DNA of 64,000 nucleotides from an uncultured delta proteobacterium. GTDB lineage: Bacteria; Myxococcota_A; Polyangia; Polyangiales; Polyangiaceae. The stretch is from the NCBI GenBank assembly GCA_963716725.1, contig CAVQUB010000009.1, positions 32,001 through 96,000 on the forward strand, written 5' to 3'. Positions 9,748-19,628 of this stretch are shown here, in pieces. Position numbers and translations under genes: made by a program. How positions within the stretch are numbered: position 1 is the stretch's first letter; every line of letters begins with the position of its first letter. The notes under the pieces are model-generated. The model searched no databases. It saw only the letters and a list, made by a program, of their open reading frames with translations, and was not told the origin of the DNA.

Positions 9748-9796
9748 ACCACAGCTTCGCGCCAGCTTCGCGCGACCTTCGCGCGACCAGAGCCCA

Positions 9797-10120
9797 ATGA
9801 ACCGATCTCGACAGCGTGTGAGCTTTCGCGAGACCGACGACGCACGCTACCCCTACGCGGCCGTGGTCGACGGAACCACGTGGACAGTGCGCGTGAACGA
9901 GTTTCCCGAAGCGGAGTCCCTGTACTCGCTGATCATCAACGGCGAGGTCGTGGAAGAGCTGATGGAGTGGCCCGCCGCGTGGGTCAAGCTGGTCCGGGGC
10001 CCAGAAACGCCCGGCGGACCGGCGAACGAGGACGATCCTCACGAGCGCGCCGAGTTCGAGCGTGAGCTCGCACACGCGGAGCGCACTGCCAAGATCCGAC
10101 CGTCGAAGCTGGTCAAATAG
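9797..10120 (+). CDS. Hypothetical protein
   Basis: Protein-like ORF (WTVRVNEFPE..LYSL...WPAAW). Confidence 0.65.
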   Translation: MNRSRQRVSFRETDDARYPYAAVVDGTTWTVRVNEFPEAESLYSLIINGEVVEELMEWPAAWVKLVRGPETPGGPANEDDPHERAEFERELAHAERTAKIRPSKLVK

Positions 10121-10484
10121 CGCGGGAGCAGAGGGGACCACCCCGAGCTCGGAGTTTGGAGACCAGCGTTGGCCGCACGGAGGCCGAAGGCACGACGGAG
10201 ACCCTCGACGGGGACCGCGTTGCTCGCGCGTCGGCGCTGGACGGCGCCTGGTGCGCAGCCTAGTGAACCGGCATGCCCGAACTGGCGCCACGGAGCCGCG
10301 TGATGGTCGGCGGGGCGCTTGGCATGGGCCCCGCTTCGGTGCAATTCTCGCTCCGATTCGCCACCAAGTGAGAGACGGCCTGTCGACGAGGGGCGACCGC
10401 AAAACTTCCCGGGGTAGAAATCCGCCTCCGCGCCGTAAAGGACGTCGCTCGAGCGCATGCACGCTCGCTTCCGCCGGAGACCCC

Positions 10485-11720
10485 ATGAATACTTCCGCCA
10501 GGCGTATATTCGCGCTTTCCTTGGTTTTGGCCGCTCCGAGCGCCGTGATTCTGACAGCAGCTCCCGCCGCCCAGGCCGCGGATGCCTCGGCCAGCCCGGC
10601 AAAGGACGACATCGCGCTCACCGGGGGCCAGGTGATCGGCCTCGAGAAGAAGCTGAAAGACCCCACGGACTGGGCGTCGGACGCCGGCAAGCGTGACAGC
10701 GCCAAGACCGCGGTCGAAGGCGTGGAGTCCGGGCTCAAGCGCATCAAGTCGAAGGATCCGAAATGGGATGTGTCCGCCTGGGAGAGCCTGGTCAAGACCG
10801 GCCGCGTGCGCCTGAAGAAGGCCCAGGACGCGGCGTCCGCCAAGGAGGCCGCCGACCAGGCGAACGAGAGCGCCTACCGCGACTACGTCGCAAAGCTCTC
10901 GGGCGTGCGCGAGGGTTTCGACCTCTTGGTCAAGCTCGACGGCAGTCCGAGCAGCGTGAAGGTGTTCAGCAAGAATCAGATCGTCGGAAACATGGCCAAG
11001 GCCCTCGCGGGCGTCGACGCCCTCGACAAGGCTTGCAAGCAGAAGTCCTACGAGAAGCTGACGGTCCCCTCGTTCTACAAGAATGAGCCGGTGGCCGCGG
11101 GGGCCTGCAAGCTCGCCGCAAAGTGGAAAGACCTCGGCAAGATCTACCTCGATCATCAGGTGAAGGGCGGCGTGCCCCAGGAGGTCGCGCGCCTCGAGGC
11201 CGTGATGGCCGCCGCCAAGAAGGGCGCTTACGTCGAGGTCAACGACCACAACAACCTGACGAATCCCGACAAACACATCGAGCGGTACCGGAAGGACTAC
11301 GACGCGGCCGCGAAGCTATTCGGCGCGACGGTCGACAGCGCCGCGTTCGAGCCAATCACCGCGGCCGCCAAGAGCTACGCGGACACGCTCGCCGAGGCCC
11401 AGAAGACCTCCCGCTTCGACACCAAGGCCAAGTTCGTCGACGCGGGATCGACCGCCTCGGTCACCAAGCACCACAAGAAGGGCGGCCCCGTCGAGGGGCA
11501 GGTCATCAAGGTGGCCTCCGCCTACGATTGGTCCGTCAAGACCAACATCCTCGGCACGCCCCTCTCACGCGAGCGCGACGTGACCGTGCTGGTGAAGCTC
11601 AAGGGCGAGTCGTTCTGCCGCGTCTACTTCCGCAACGCGTTCCAGTCGTACAAGGGGGCCTGGAAGCCCGTCATCGTCAGCGGTGGCGAGTCCAAGTTCC
11701 GCGTCTCGGCCTGCAAGTGA
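10485..11720 (+). CDS. Secreted Lys/Ala-rich protein of unknown function
   Basis: GGAG RBS; signal peptide ending AQA; strong codon bias. Confidence 0.8.
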   Translation: MNTSARRIFALSLVLAAPSAVILTAAPAAQAADASASPAKDDIALTGGQVIGLEKKLKDPTDWASDAGKRDSAKTAVEGVESGLKRIKSKDPKWDVSAWESLVKTGRVRLKKAQDAASAKEAADQANESAYRDYVAKLSGVREGFDLLVKLDGSPSSVKVFSKNQIVGNMAKALAGVDALDKACKQKSYEKLTVPSFYKNEPVAAGACKLAAKWKDLGKIYLDHQVKGGVPQEVARLEAVMAAAKKGAYVEVNDHNNLTNPDKHIERYRKDYDAAAKLFGATVDSAAFEPITAAAKSYADTLAEAQKTSRFDTKAKFVDAGSTASVTKHHKKGGPVEGQVIKVASAYDWSVKTNILGTPLSRERDVTVLVKLKGESFCRVYFRNAFQSYKGAWKPVIVSGGESKFRVSACK

Positions 11721-11755
11721 CCGCTGCAGGGTGCAGGGCCGGCACCGAGAGCACG

Positions 11756-12151
11756 GTGCTGCCGGTGAGCACCCTCTTCGGAGCGGCCCTCGTGCTCGCG
11801 CTGACGGTGGTGGGCTGCGCTTCCGCTCCCGCGTCGCACCCGCCTGCAGCCTCGGGGCCCGCGCAGCCAACCCTCGCGGCGGAGGTCGACGAGGTGGATG
11901 GGCCGACCGCTCCGCCGTCGGAGTCGAGGGACGAGCCCCAGAGCATCATTGGCGTCGCAAGCTGCGACGAGTACCTCGCGCTCTATGAAAAGTGCGAGGC
12001 GCGTTTGCAACCGGAGATCGCCGCCGGAGCTCGCCGAACGTACCAGGCAGAACGCGTCGGGCTGGAGTTCATGAAGGCCCAGTCGGCGGGGGCGGAGCTA
12101 GAAGCCGGGTGTGAGTCGCTGCTTTCGCAGCTCGAGAAGGACTGCGACTAG
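11756..12151 (+). CDS. Small lipoprotein (start uncertain, 11717 possible)
   Basis: Hydrophobic segment + VVGC; IGVASCDEYL..YEKC...C motif. Confidence 0.7.
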   Translation: MLPVSTLFGAALVLALTVVGCASAPASHPPAASGPAQPTLAAEVDEVDGPTAPPSESRDEPQSIIGVASCDEYLALYEKCEARLQPEIAAGARRTYQAERVGLEFMKAQSAGAELEAGCESLLSQLEKDCD

Positions 12152-12377
12152 CTCGGCATCGCCGCATGATGCTATTTCGCACTGCTGGAGCGCGCGCTGG
12201 AATCGCGGTTTGGGATTCGCGCGTCGCATGGCTTGCGCGCCCGGCGCGTGCCCTCGTCGCGCGGTCGCCATTGCTCCAGCACCGCCAGCGCCTCGGGAAA
12301 GGGATGCATCCAGCAGCATGCGAACTCGCGTTGCACGCGCCACTCCACTGCGACGGTCTTTGTGGCAAGGGAAGTCC

Positions 12378-12500
12378 GGACAACGATTCGGGCGCTGACC
12401 CCCGCCCTCCGAGCACCGTCGTATCAGACCGCCGAGCGGTGTTCGCGCGGGCGAGTGCCGCATCAGAGCCGAGCCCATCAGCGCCTGCCACCTGTCCACA
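12378..12500 (-). mobile_element. attC-like remnant (right end plus shared internal segment)
   Basis: Minus strand ends GGTCAGC-GCCCGAATC-GTTGTCC; 12422-12468 matches 21948-21994 at 37/47. Confidence 0.4.
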
Positions 12501-12612
12501 AAGCGCCCGGCAGCTGGTTCGAGGGCCACCCTCGACCAGAACGCCACCGCCGCGTACCCTCGGGCTCGCTGGTTTTGGCAATTCATTCCCCCTGCGCGCT
12601 TGACAAATTGCC

Positions 12613-13812
12613 GTGCTTCGTGCTCTTTCAGGCTTCGTGCGGACAAGTGCGTGCGCGAGGGTTCTCGCCACTGCTCTCGCTCTTACGAGCATGAGCGCAC
12701 CGGTACGCCTGGCGCAGGCCACTCCTCAGAGCGACGCCGCAGCGCTGAAAAAGTTCGAGGGCGGTCGAAAGGCGTACGACGCCGGCAGCTTCGAAGAAGC
12801 GCTCCTGGCGTTCAAGGGCAGCCTCGAGCTTTTGCCCAGCCCCAACACGCGTCTCTACATCGCGCGCTGCTATCGCGCGTTGAGCAAGCCCGCGAGCGCA
12901 TACACGACGTTCCGGCTGGCTTCCAAGGAATCTCAGGACCGGCTCAACGCCACGGGTGAGAAGCGCTACACCGCAACTCGCGACGCGGCGACCGCAGAGG
13001 CTGCCGAGCTCGAAGCGAAGGTGCCGCGCGTGACATTGGCCCTGCCATCCGACGCCCCTGAAGACACCCAGGTGAAGCTCGACGGAGATGTCGTTCCGCG
13101 CGGGGGCTGGGGCGTCGCCACCGAGATCGATCCGGGTCCCCACGAAGTGACGGCGGTCGGCGCTCGCCGCAAGCCCTACGCGCAGAAGTTCATTCTTGCC
13201 GAGGGTGAGCAAAAGCGAATCGACGTGAACCTGGTGAAGCTTGCGACCGCATTCGTGAACATCAAGCTCGCGAGTCGTCCGGCCGGGCTGTCCGTCGAGT
13301 TGGCGGGAAAGCCCCTGGATCCAGCTCTACTGGGCAATGAGCAGGCGGTGGACGCGGGCGCATTCCAGCTGGCGGTGCGCGCGCCTGGTCACAAGGAGTT
13401 TCGCTGGAAGAAGAACCTCGCCGACGGTGAGCGCGCGACGGTCGACGTCAAGCTCGTCGCTCAAAAGTTCGTCGGGAAATCCAGAGGCACACCCGCTTGG
13501 ATGTTCTTCACAGTGGCTGGCGGGAGCGTCGCAGCCATCGCGGGCGGCACTTACTTTGCAGTTCGCGCCAAGTCCTTGTCGGACGACGAGCAAGACAAGA
13601 ATCTGCTCCTGCGCGATCCGGCAGAACGTGATCGGGTCGATTCGCTCTCGGGCACGGCGAACCTGCTCTTCATAGCGGGCGGCGCGCTTGCGGTGGGGGC
13701 TGGCGTCCTGGCGTTCACGACACAGTGGGGCGACTCGAACGAGAAGGCCGCGGCAGTCGCACCCTTTGTCGGGGTTGGTACCGCTGGAGTCGCCGCCCGG
13801 GGAAGGTTTTGA
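12613..13812 (+). CDS. TPR + PEGA-domain exported protein
   Basis: Signal peptide; TPR-like PSPNTRLYIARCY; two PEGA-like segments (DPGPHEVTA, RAPGHK); C-terminal ARGRF. Confidence 0.8.
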   Translation: MLRALSGFVRTSACARVLATALALTSMSAPVRLAQATPQSDAAALKKFEGGRKAYDAGSFEEALLAFKGSLELLPSPNTRLYIARCYRALSKPASAYTTFRLASKESQDRLNATGEKRYTATRDAATAEAAELEAKVPRVTLALPSDAPEDTQVKLDGDVVPRGGWGVATEIDPGPHEVTAVGARRKPYAQKFILAEGEQKRIDVNLVKLATAFVNIKLASRPAGLSVELAGKPLDPALLGNEQAVDAGAFQLAVRAPGHKEFRWKKNLADGERATVDVKLVAQKFVGKSRGTPAWMFFTVAGGSVAAIAGGTYFAVRAKSLSDDEQDKNLLLRDPAERDRVDSLSGTANLLFIAGGALAVGAGVLAFTTQWGDSNEKAAAVAPFVGVGTAGVAARGRF

Positions 13813-15290
13813 TGCGTTCCGCTTTCGCGCTCGGACTTCTCGCGCTCGCAGGCGCGTGCACCTTCGGCGGTCTCGCCGATTACGAAATCGGCGAGTGCAA
13901 TCCATCCGCCCCGAAGGCGGACGATCCCTGCGACGCCCTCAACGACGGCGATGACACCACTTGTTCGCCGTATCGGTGCAGTCCCGACACCCGACGCTGC
14001 GCGAAGCTGCCCCGCGACGACGACCGCGACGGGGTCGTCAGCGCCGCTTGCCAGGGTGGCGACTGCGACGACACCGACCCTCGCAAGGCGCCGGGCCACC
14101 CAGAGGAATGCGATCTGATCGACAACGACTGCAACGGTCTCGCGGACGATGGCGTCGCGGCAAAGTCGCCGACACTCGTGGCTTCTGCCGGCGAGGAGCT
14201 CGAAGATCCCCAGATCGTTGGCGAGTCATCCAACGACATGTTCGGGCTGTGGATTGGAAAGGCGGAAGCAGCCGGCAAGTGCATGTACACCGTGCCTTTG
14301 CCGGCTGGCGCGGCCGGAACGCTGTCTTGCGCTCTCCTCGCTGGTGAAACGAATCTCGAGCCGCGTCAACCGCATGCCCGTCCTCTGCCGGGAGGCGGCA
14401 CGGCGGCCGTGATGTTGAAGACGCTCCAATGCGCCACGGGCGAGCTCATCTATAGATTTGCGATCCCAGGGAAGGCCGCTGGGGCTTCGCTCGGGTGTCA
14501 GGCCAAGGGTGCCGCGTTGCCTGCAATGGCCGTTTTGTCCAACGACAGCCAGGCGATCACCGCCTACTACGAGGTCTCGTATCTCGCGCGGAAAGACGAT
14601 CCGGTCCAAGGCTGTCCAGTAGCGGGTCCGGCGCCGTTGATGGTTGCACTCATCGACGGCGCCAAGACGAACGCGGTGAGCATTCTACCGCCACAAGCAC
14701 TGGCGCCTGACGCCGTCAGCGTGCGACGACCCGCGCTGATCACGAGCGGCGGCCGAACCCTGCTCGGATCGCCATCTGGCGCAGATGTCGGGCTCTGGCT
14801 GCTCGAGCCGGGCAGCGGCGCGGTCACCATCGCGGCGGAGACCACCATCCCGGGTCTCGCGGGTGCTCGCGCAGTCAGTCTCGGCGCTCGTCCGAACGGA
14901 GGCGGTCTCGAGGTAGCCGTGGCTGCCGAGATCGGCTGTTCGCCGGAACGGATCGCGCTGGCGCTGGTGCCAGTGGACGCCGCCGGAAAGTTTGGTGCAG
15001 CCACACTGGTGGAAGTGGCCGCGCCTGGCAGCGGTCCTGCAACCGGGACCAGCGTCGCGTGGCAAGCCGAACTCGGGGAATGGATGGTCGCCTGGACGGT
15101 GACGGGGCCGACCGCGCGCGTACGGCGTGTTCGTGCGGCCGACCAGGTGCTCGGTGACACCTTCGACGTGTCCGGGTTCACCGAAGCGCGCGCTGTCGTG
15201 AACGGCGACCTGCTTCTACAGAAGGCGATCCCACAGGGCGGTACCACTTCGCGAGAGTTCTGGTTCGTGCCTGGGGCGTGTAGTCAATGA
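13812..15290 (+). CDS. Lipoprotein with putative metal-binding Cys/Asp motif
   Basis: LAGAC lipobox; DCDDTDPRKAPGHPEECDLIDNDCNGLADDG. Confidence 0.8.
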   Translation: MRSAFALGLLALAGACTFGGLADYEIGECNPSAPKADDPCDALNDGDDTTCSPYRCSPDTRRCAKLPRDDDRDGVVSAACQGGDCDDTDPRKAPGHPEECDLIDNDCNGLADDGVAAKSPTLVASAGEELEDPQIVGESSNDMFGLWIGKAEAAGKCMYTVPLPAGAAGTLSCALLAGETNLEPRQPHARPLPGGGTAAVMLKTLQCATGELIYRFAIPGKAAGASLGCQAKGAALPAMAVLSNDSQAITAYYEVSYLARKDDPVQGCPVAGPAPLMVALIDGAKTNAVSILPPQALAPDAVSVRRPALITSGGRTLLGSPSGADVGLWLLEPGSGAVTIAAETTIPGLAGARAVSLGARPNGGGLEVAVAAEIGCSPERIALALVPVDAAGKFGAATLVEVAAPGSGPATGTSVAWQAELGEWMVAWTVTGPTARVRRVRAADQVLGDTFDVSGFTEARAVVNGDLLLQKAIPQGGTTSREFWFVPGACSQ

Positions 15291-15301
15291 GGGAGTCAGC
15301 G

Positions 15302-16528
15302 ATGAAAACGGCGATCACTGTTGGTTCGGTACTGGCTGGTTGCATGATTGCAGCGGCGTGCGGCGGCGGCGGTGATTCCAGCGATGCAGCCAAGGACGGC
15401 GGAAAGAGCGGCGGGGCGGCTGGTGGTGGTGGCACCACGACAGGCGGAACGGGCGGCAAGGGCGGAACGGGCGGAACCGACGCGGGCGCGGGGAGCGGCG
15501 GTGTCGCGGCTTCCGGCGGTGCCGGAACCGGAGGCGCGACCGGTGAGTGCAGTACCAACAAGGACTGCGAGGCGCTCTTGCCCGCCACCGAGCCTGCTGG
15601 CTGCGCCGAAGGCAAATGCGACATCCTGCTGAACGCCTGCACCTTCAATGCCAAGGACAGCGACGGTGACGGACACAGCGCCCAGGTCTGCACGCCAATC
15701 GGCGCCGGATCGATCAAGAGCGGCGACGACTGTGACGACGGAGACCCGAGCACGTACCCCGGTGCACCCGACTTGTGCGACGGCAAGATCCACACCTGCG
15801 CGACCAGCGCGTGCTCCTGCACGAATGGCGAGACCCAGGCGTGCGGCAGTGCGACCACGTGCAATTCCTCGGCGGTCAAGACATGCACCAACGGCAGTCT
15901 CGGAGTCTGTGATCCGCCACCCAAGACGACGTGTGCGCCCAACTCCATCACGGCCTGCACCACGTGCAGCACGTTGAGTCAATTTTCGAGCGGCACTCAC
16001 ATCTGCAATTCGAACTGCGACTACGCGGGAGCCTACTGCACGCCCACCGGCGGCAGCTGGACCGCGAACTCCGTCGACTCGGTTTTTCAACACGAATGTG
16101 GCTCCAAGTACACGCAGACCGGCATGCCCGATGTCTGGATGGTGTTTCCCAGCTCGGGTTCCGCCTGCTGGATGCAGAAGGGTCCCAACTTCAAGCTGCC
16201 TCGTGGCCGCTACAAGTGGACGTTCAAGGTCACGATCAACTCCAGCAACGGTGGGCTTTCGGCCGACGTCGCGCGGAACGGAACCACTGTGGGCCCGCCG
16301 GATGGGCCGCAGCCGGACTTCACTTGCCCGTGGAATGGCCCCGGCTACTGCCCGCCAGGCGTGATCACCATCACCAAGTCCGAGGCCGACGTCACGCAGG
16401 TCTACTCGATCGACTTCGGCGTGCCGGACGATTGCGGCGCGAGCTACGAGCTTCGCGTGCGGGCCTACGGCCCGGGCGGATGGATGATGCTCCACTACTC
16501 CACCGTCTCCTGGGCCGGGACGTACTGA
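15302..16528 (+). CDS. Cys-rich lipoprotein, metal-binding motif, beta-rich C-terminal domain
   Basis: AAAC lipobox; Gly linker; DSDGDGH..GDDCDDGDPSTYPGAPDLCDG. Confidence 0.8.
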   Translation: MKTAITVGSVLAGCMIAAACGGGGDSSDAAKDGGKSGGAAGGGGTTTGGTGGKGGTGGTDAGAGSGGVAASGGAGTGGATGECSTNKDCEALLPATEPAGCAEGKCDILLNACTFNAKDSDGDGHSAQVCTPIGAGSIKSGDDCDDGDPSTYPGAPDLCDGKIHTCATSACSCTNGETQACGSATTCNSSAVKTCTNGSLGVCDPPPKTTCAPNSITACTTCSTLSQFSSGTHICNSNCDYAGAYCTPTGGSWTANSVDSVFQHECGSKYTQTGMPDVWMVFPSSGSACWMQKGPNFKLPRGRYKWTFKVTINSSNGGLSADVARNGTTVGPPDGPQPDFTCPWNGPGYCPPGVITITKSEADVTQVYSIDFGVPDDCGASYELRVRAYGPGGWMMLHYSTVSWAGTY

Positions 16529-16562
16529 GTACTGAGATCACCACGTACTGAGTGAGGACTGG

Positions 16563-18074
16563 ATGAACGGACTAAGGATCACCCTGGGGATGCTGTTGGC
16601 GGCGACGGGTTTCGCCGCGGCGTGCAGCACGAGCTCGGATGACGAGAGCAAGAGCAAGTCCAAGACGTGCACGCTGGCGGCAGACTGTGCCGCCGCCCCC
16701 GCGACCAGCCCGCCGGGATGTGCGGAAGCCGCGTGCGAATCCGGTGTCTGTGCGTTCAAGGCCAAGGATGCCGACGGCGACGGTCACTCGAGTTCGCAGT
16801 GCGCCGCGGTCGGTAGTGTGGACATCTCGGTCGGCGACGATTGTGACGACGCAGATCCGGCGATTCATCCTGGTGCGTGGGATGGTCCAGCCAACTCCAC
16901 GACGGGAGATCCCGACCAGTGCGATCTGAAGGACCAGGACTGTGACGGAACCAGCGATGACGAGGCAGTGGATGGAAAGTCCTGCTCGTGCGACACGGGG
17001 GCGAGTCAGCTCTGCGCGACCGACGAGCTGGGTCAGCCGATTCCCGGGCTGGACGGGACGAAGCACGAGGTCGGGATCTGCAAGCTCGGCACGAAGCAAT
17101 GCGCACCCGGCAAGCCCGTCAAGTGCGTGGGAGCGGTGGGTCCGAGCGCGAAGGACTGCACGTCACCGCTCGACAACGACTGCAACGAAAAGCCCGACAA
17201 CACCGAGCTGACGTTTTGCGCGTGCAACCTGGGCGAGACGAAGAGCTGTCCGACCGGGAATATCGGTGAGTGCGCAACGGGCACCAAGACCTGTCAGTCG
17301 TCGGGCGCGTCTGCGGTCTGGGGACCTTGCGTTTCGCCCAGCGCGGGTGCGCCGGATTGCTCACAATCGCTGGACAAAGACTGCGACGGCGTGCCCGACA
17401 ACGCGCAGGAAAGCTGCAAGTGTGATCAAGGCGGAACGAAGTTTGGCATCGGGCTCACTGCCCAATGCGACGCGCATCCGGGTCTCGACGGCACCGGAGC
17501 GTGCAAGGCAGGACAGCAAACCTGTGTCTTGAACGGCAGTTCAGCACAGTGGACAACTTGCGCCGGGTCCGTTGGGCCCGCAGCAGATATGTGCGATCCG
17601 ACGCAGGACCTGAACTGCGACGGAAAGGGCGGCAACGGCACGAGTTGCTTCGTGATGATCTATACGCTGATCCCACCGAATCAACAGTTCGGTCCCTGCG
17701 ACTTTCAGTACGTTCAAGACGCAATGTGGAGCCCAGTCGCCAACGAAGCGGGCTGGAAACAAATCGCGCAGATGAAGATGTACAAGACTCAGCAGCCGGC
17801 TACGGTTGCCGCCGTTCGCTGCAACAGCGGCACCAAGCACGGGAGTTTCTTTGCCAGCTGTCCGGTAGGGTGGGCGCTGGAACAAACCGTGGGATGGGTA
17901 AAGACGTCGCCTGGCCTCGGTTTCGAGCAACTCAAGTCCTTCCCGCTGCCGTCGGCGCCGTCCACGCATGTGGTGTTCCCGGACTACCAGGGCATTTACC
18001 CTTGGTGCGCCTCTGGCTGCGCGCAGAACGGCTGTGCCGTAACGGGTAAGTACCACTACTACCTTGCCAACTGA
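16563..18074 (+). CDS. Cys-rich lipoprotein (tandem paralog A)
   Basis: GAGGA RBS; AAAC lipobox; repeated G.CK.G...C and D.DCDG motifs. Confidence 0.85.
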   Translation: MNGLRITLGMLLAATGFAAACSTSSDDESKSKSKTCTLAADCAAAPATSPPGCAEAACESGVCAFKAKDADGDGHSSSQCAAVGSVDISVGDDCDDADPAIHPGAWDGPANSTTGDPDQCDLKDQDCDGTSDDEAVDGKSCSCDTGASQLCATDELGQPIPGLDGTKHEVGICKLGTKQCAPGKPVKCVGAVGPSAKDCTSPLDNDCNEKPDNTELTFCACNLGETKSCPTGNIGECATGTKTCQSSGASAVWGPCVSPSAGAPDCSQSLDKDCDGVPDNAQESCKCDQGGTKFGIGLTAQCDAHPGLDGTGACKAGQQTCVLNGSSAQWTTCAGSVGPAADMCDPTQDLNCDGKGGNGTSCFVMIYTLIPPNQQFGPCDFQYVQDAMWSPVANEAGWKQIAQMKMYKTQQPATVAAVRCNSGTKHGSFFASCPVGWALEQTVGWVKTSPGLGFEQLKSFPLPSAPSTHVVFPDYQGIYPWCASGCAQNGCAVTGKYHYYLAN

Positions 18075-18118
18075 GTACGTACTCCCAGCTTTCTGTGTCA
18101 GCAGCTACTGAGGACGCT

Positions 18119-19627
18119 ATGAACAGACTGAAAACCACTCTGGGAACGGTCTTGGTGGCGACGGGTTTTGGCGCAGCGTGCAACTCGGGCTCGGATGACG
18201 AGAGCAAGAGCAAGTCCAAGACGTGCACGCTGGCGGCAGACTGTGCCGCCGCCCCCGCGACCAGCCCGCCGGGATGCGCGGAAGCTGCGTGCGAATCCGG
18301 TGTCTGTGCCTTCAAGGCCAAGGATGCCGACGGCGACGGTCACTCGAGCTCGCAGTGCAGCGCGGTGGGTAGTGTGGACATCTCGGTCGGCGACGATTGT
18401 GACGACGCAGACCCGGCGATTCACCCGGGGGCGTGGGATGGTCCAGCCAACGCGGCGACTGGAGAGCCCGACCAGTGCGATCTGAAGGACCAGGACTGTG
18501 ACGGAACCAGCGATGACGAGGCAGTGGATGGAAAGTCTTGCTCGTGCGACACGGGAGCGAGTCAGCTCTGCGCGACCGACGAGCTGGGTCAGCCGATTCC
18601 CGGGCTGGACGGGACGAAGCACGAGATCGGGATCTGCAAGCTCGGCACGAAGCAATGCGCACCCGGCAAGCCCGTCAAGTGCGTGGGAGCGGTGGGTCCG
18701 AGCGCGAAGGACTGCACGTCACCGCTCGACAACGACTGCAACGAAAAGCCCGACAACACCGAGCTGACGTTTTGCGCGTGCAACCTGGGCGAGACGAAGA
18801 GCTGTCAGACCGGGAATATCGGCGAGTGCGCAACGGGCACCAAGACCTGTCAGTCGTCGGGCGCGTCTGCGGTCTGGGGACCTTGCGTTTCACCCAGCAC
18901 GGGTGCGCCGGATTGCTCACAATCGCTGGACAAAGATTGCGACGGCGTGCCCGACAACTTGCAGGAGAGCTGCAAGTGTGATCAAGGCGGAACGAAGTTC
19001 GCCATCGGTGTCACCGCACCGTGCCAGACGCATCCGGGTTTCGACGGCACCGGAGCCTGCAAGGCCGGGCAGCAAACCTGCGTTCTGAACGGAACTTCAG
19101 CGGAGTGGACCGCTTGCGGCGGATCCGTTGGGCCTCTGGCTCAAGATACGTGCGACCCGACGAAGGATCTGAACTGTGATGGAAAATCCGGGAATGGAGT
19201 CGGCTGCACGGTCGCGGTCTACACGTTGATCCCGGCGAGTCAGCAGTTCGACCTGTGCGATTTCGACCACACCTCGGACGTGAAGTGGAGCTTCTCGATC
19301 GAAGCCGGCTGGCAGCACGTCGCGCAGTTCCAGGTGTACAAGACGCAACAGCCGGGAACGATTGCTGCCGTGAAGTGCATCAACGGCAAGCATGGAAGCT
19401 TCTTCGGAAGCTGCCCCGCCGGCTGGACGTTGGAGCAGACGATGGGGTGGGTGAAGACCACGCCCGGCCTGGGTTTTACGCCCCTTCAATCCTTTCCGCT
19501 CCCCGGCTCGCCATCCACGCTCATCGTGCTCGAGGTGGGCGGGGGTGTGACCAGCAGCATTCTGTGTAGCCCGTCTAGCTGCAAGAAGTCCTGCTCCTTG
19601 CTCGGCTACCACGCCCCTCTGTTTTGA
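18119..19627 (+). CDS. Cys-rich lipoprotein (tandem paralog B)
   Basis: Near-identical to paralog A over about 0.8 kb (offset 1556), diverged C-terminus. Confidence 0.85.
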   Translation: MNRLKTTLGTVLVATGFGAACNSGSDDESKSKSKTCTLAADCAAAPATSPPGCAEAACESGVCAFKAKDADGDGHSSSQCSAVGSVDISVGDDCDDADPAIHPGAWDGPANAATGEPDQCDLKDQDCDGTSDDEAVDGKSCSCDTGASQLCATDELGQPIPGLDGTKHEIGICKLGTKQCAPGKPVKCVGAVGPSAKDCTSPLDNDCNEKPDNTELTFCACNLGETKSCQTGNIGECATGTKTCQSSGASAVWGPCVSPSTGAPDCSQSLDKDCDGVPDNLQESCKCDQGGTKFAIGVTAPCQTHPGFDGTGACKAGQQTCVLNGTSAEWTACGGSVGPLAQDTCDPTKDLNCDGKSGNGVGCTVAVYTLIPASQQFDLCDFDHTSDVKWSFSIEAGWQHVAQFQVYKTQQPGTIAAVKCINGKHGSFFGSCPAGWTLEQTMGWVKTTPGLGFTPLQSFPLPGSPSTLIVLEVGGGVTSSILCSPSSCKKSCSLLGYHAPLF

Positions 19628-19628
19628 C

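Noticed and set aside
12152..12612. Protein-coding gene or transposase remnant in this gap
   Set aside because: No frame gives a recognisable protein; only the attC-like remnant is supportable.
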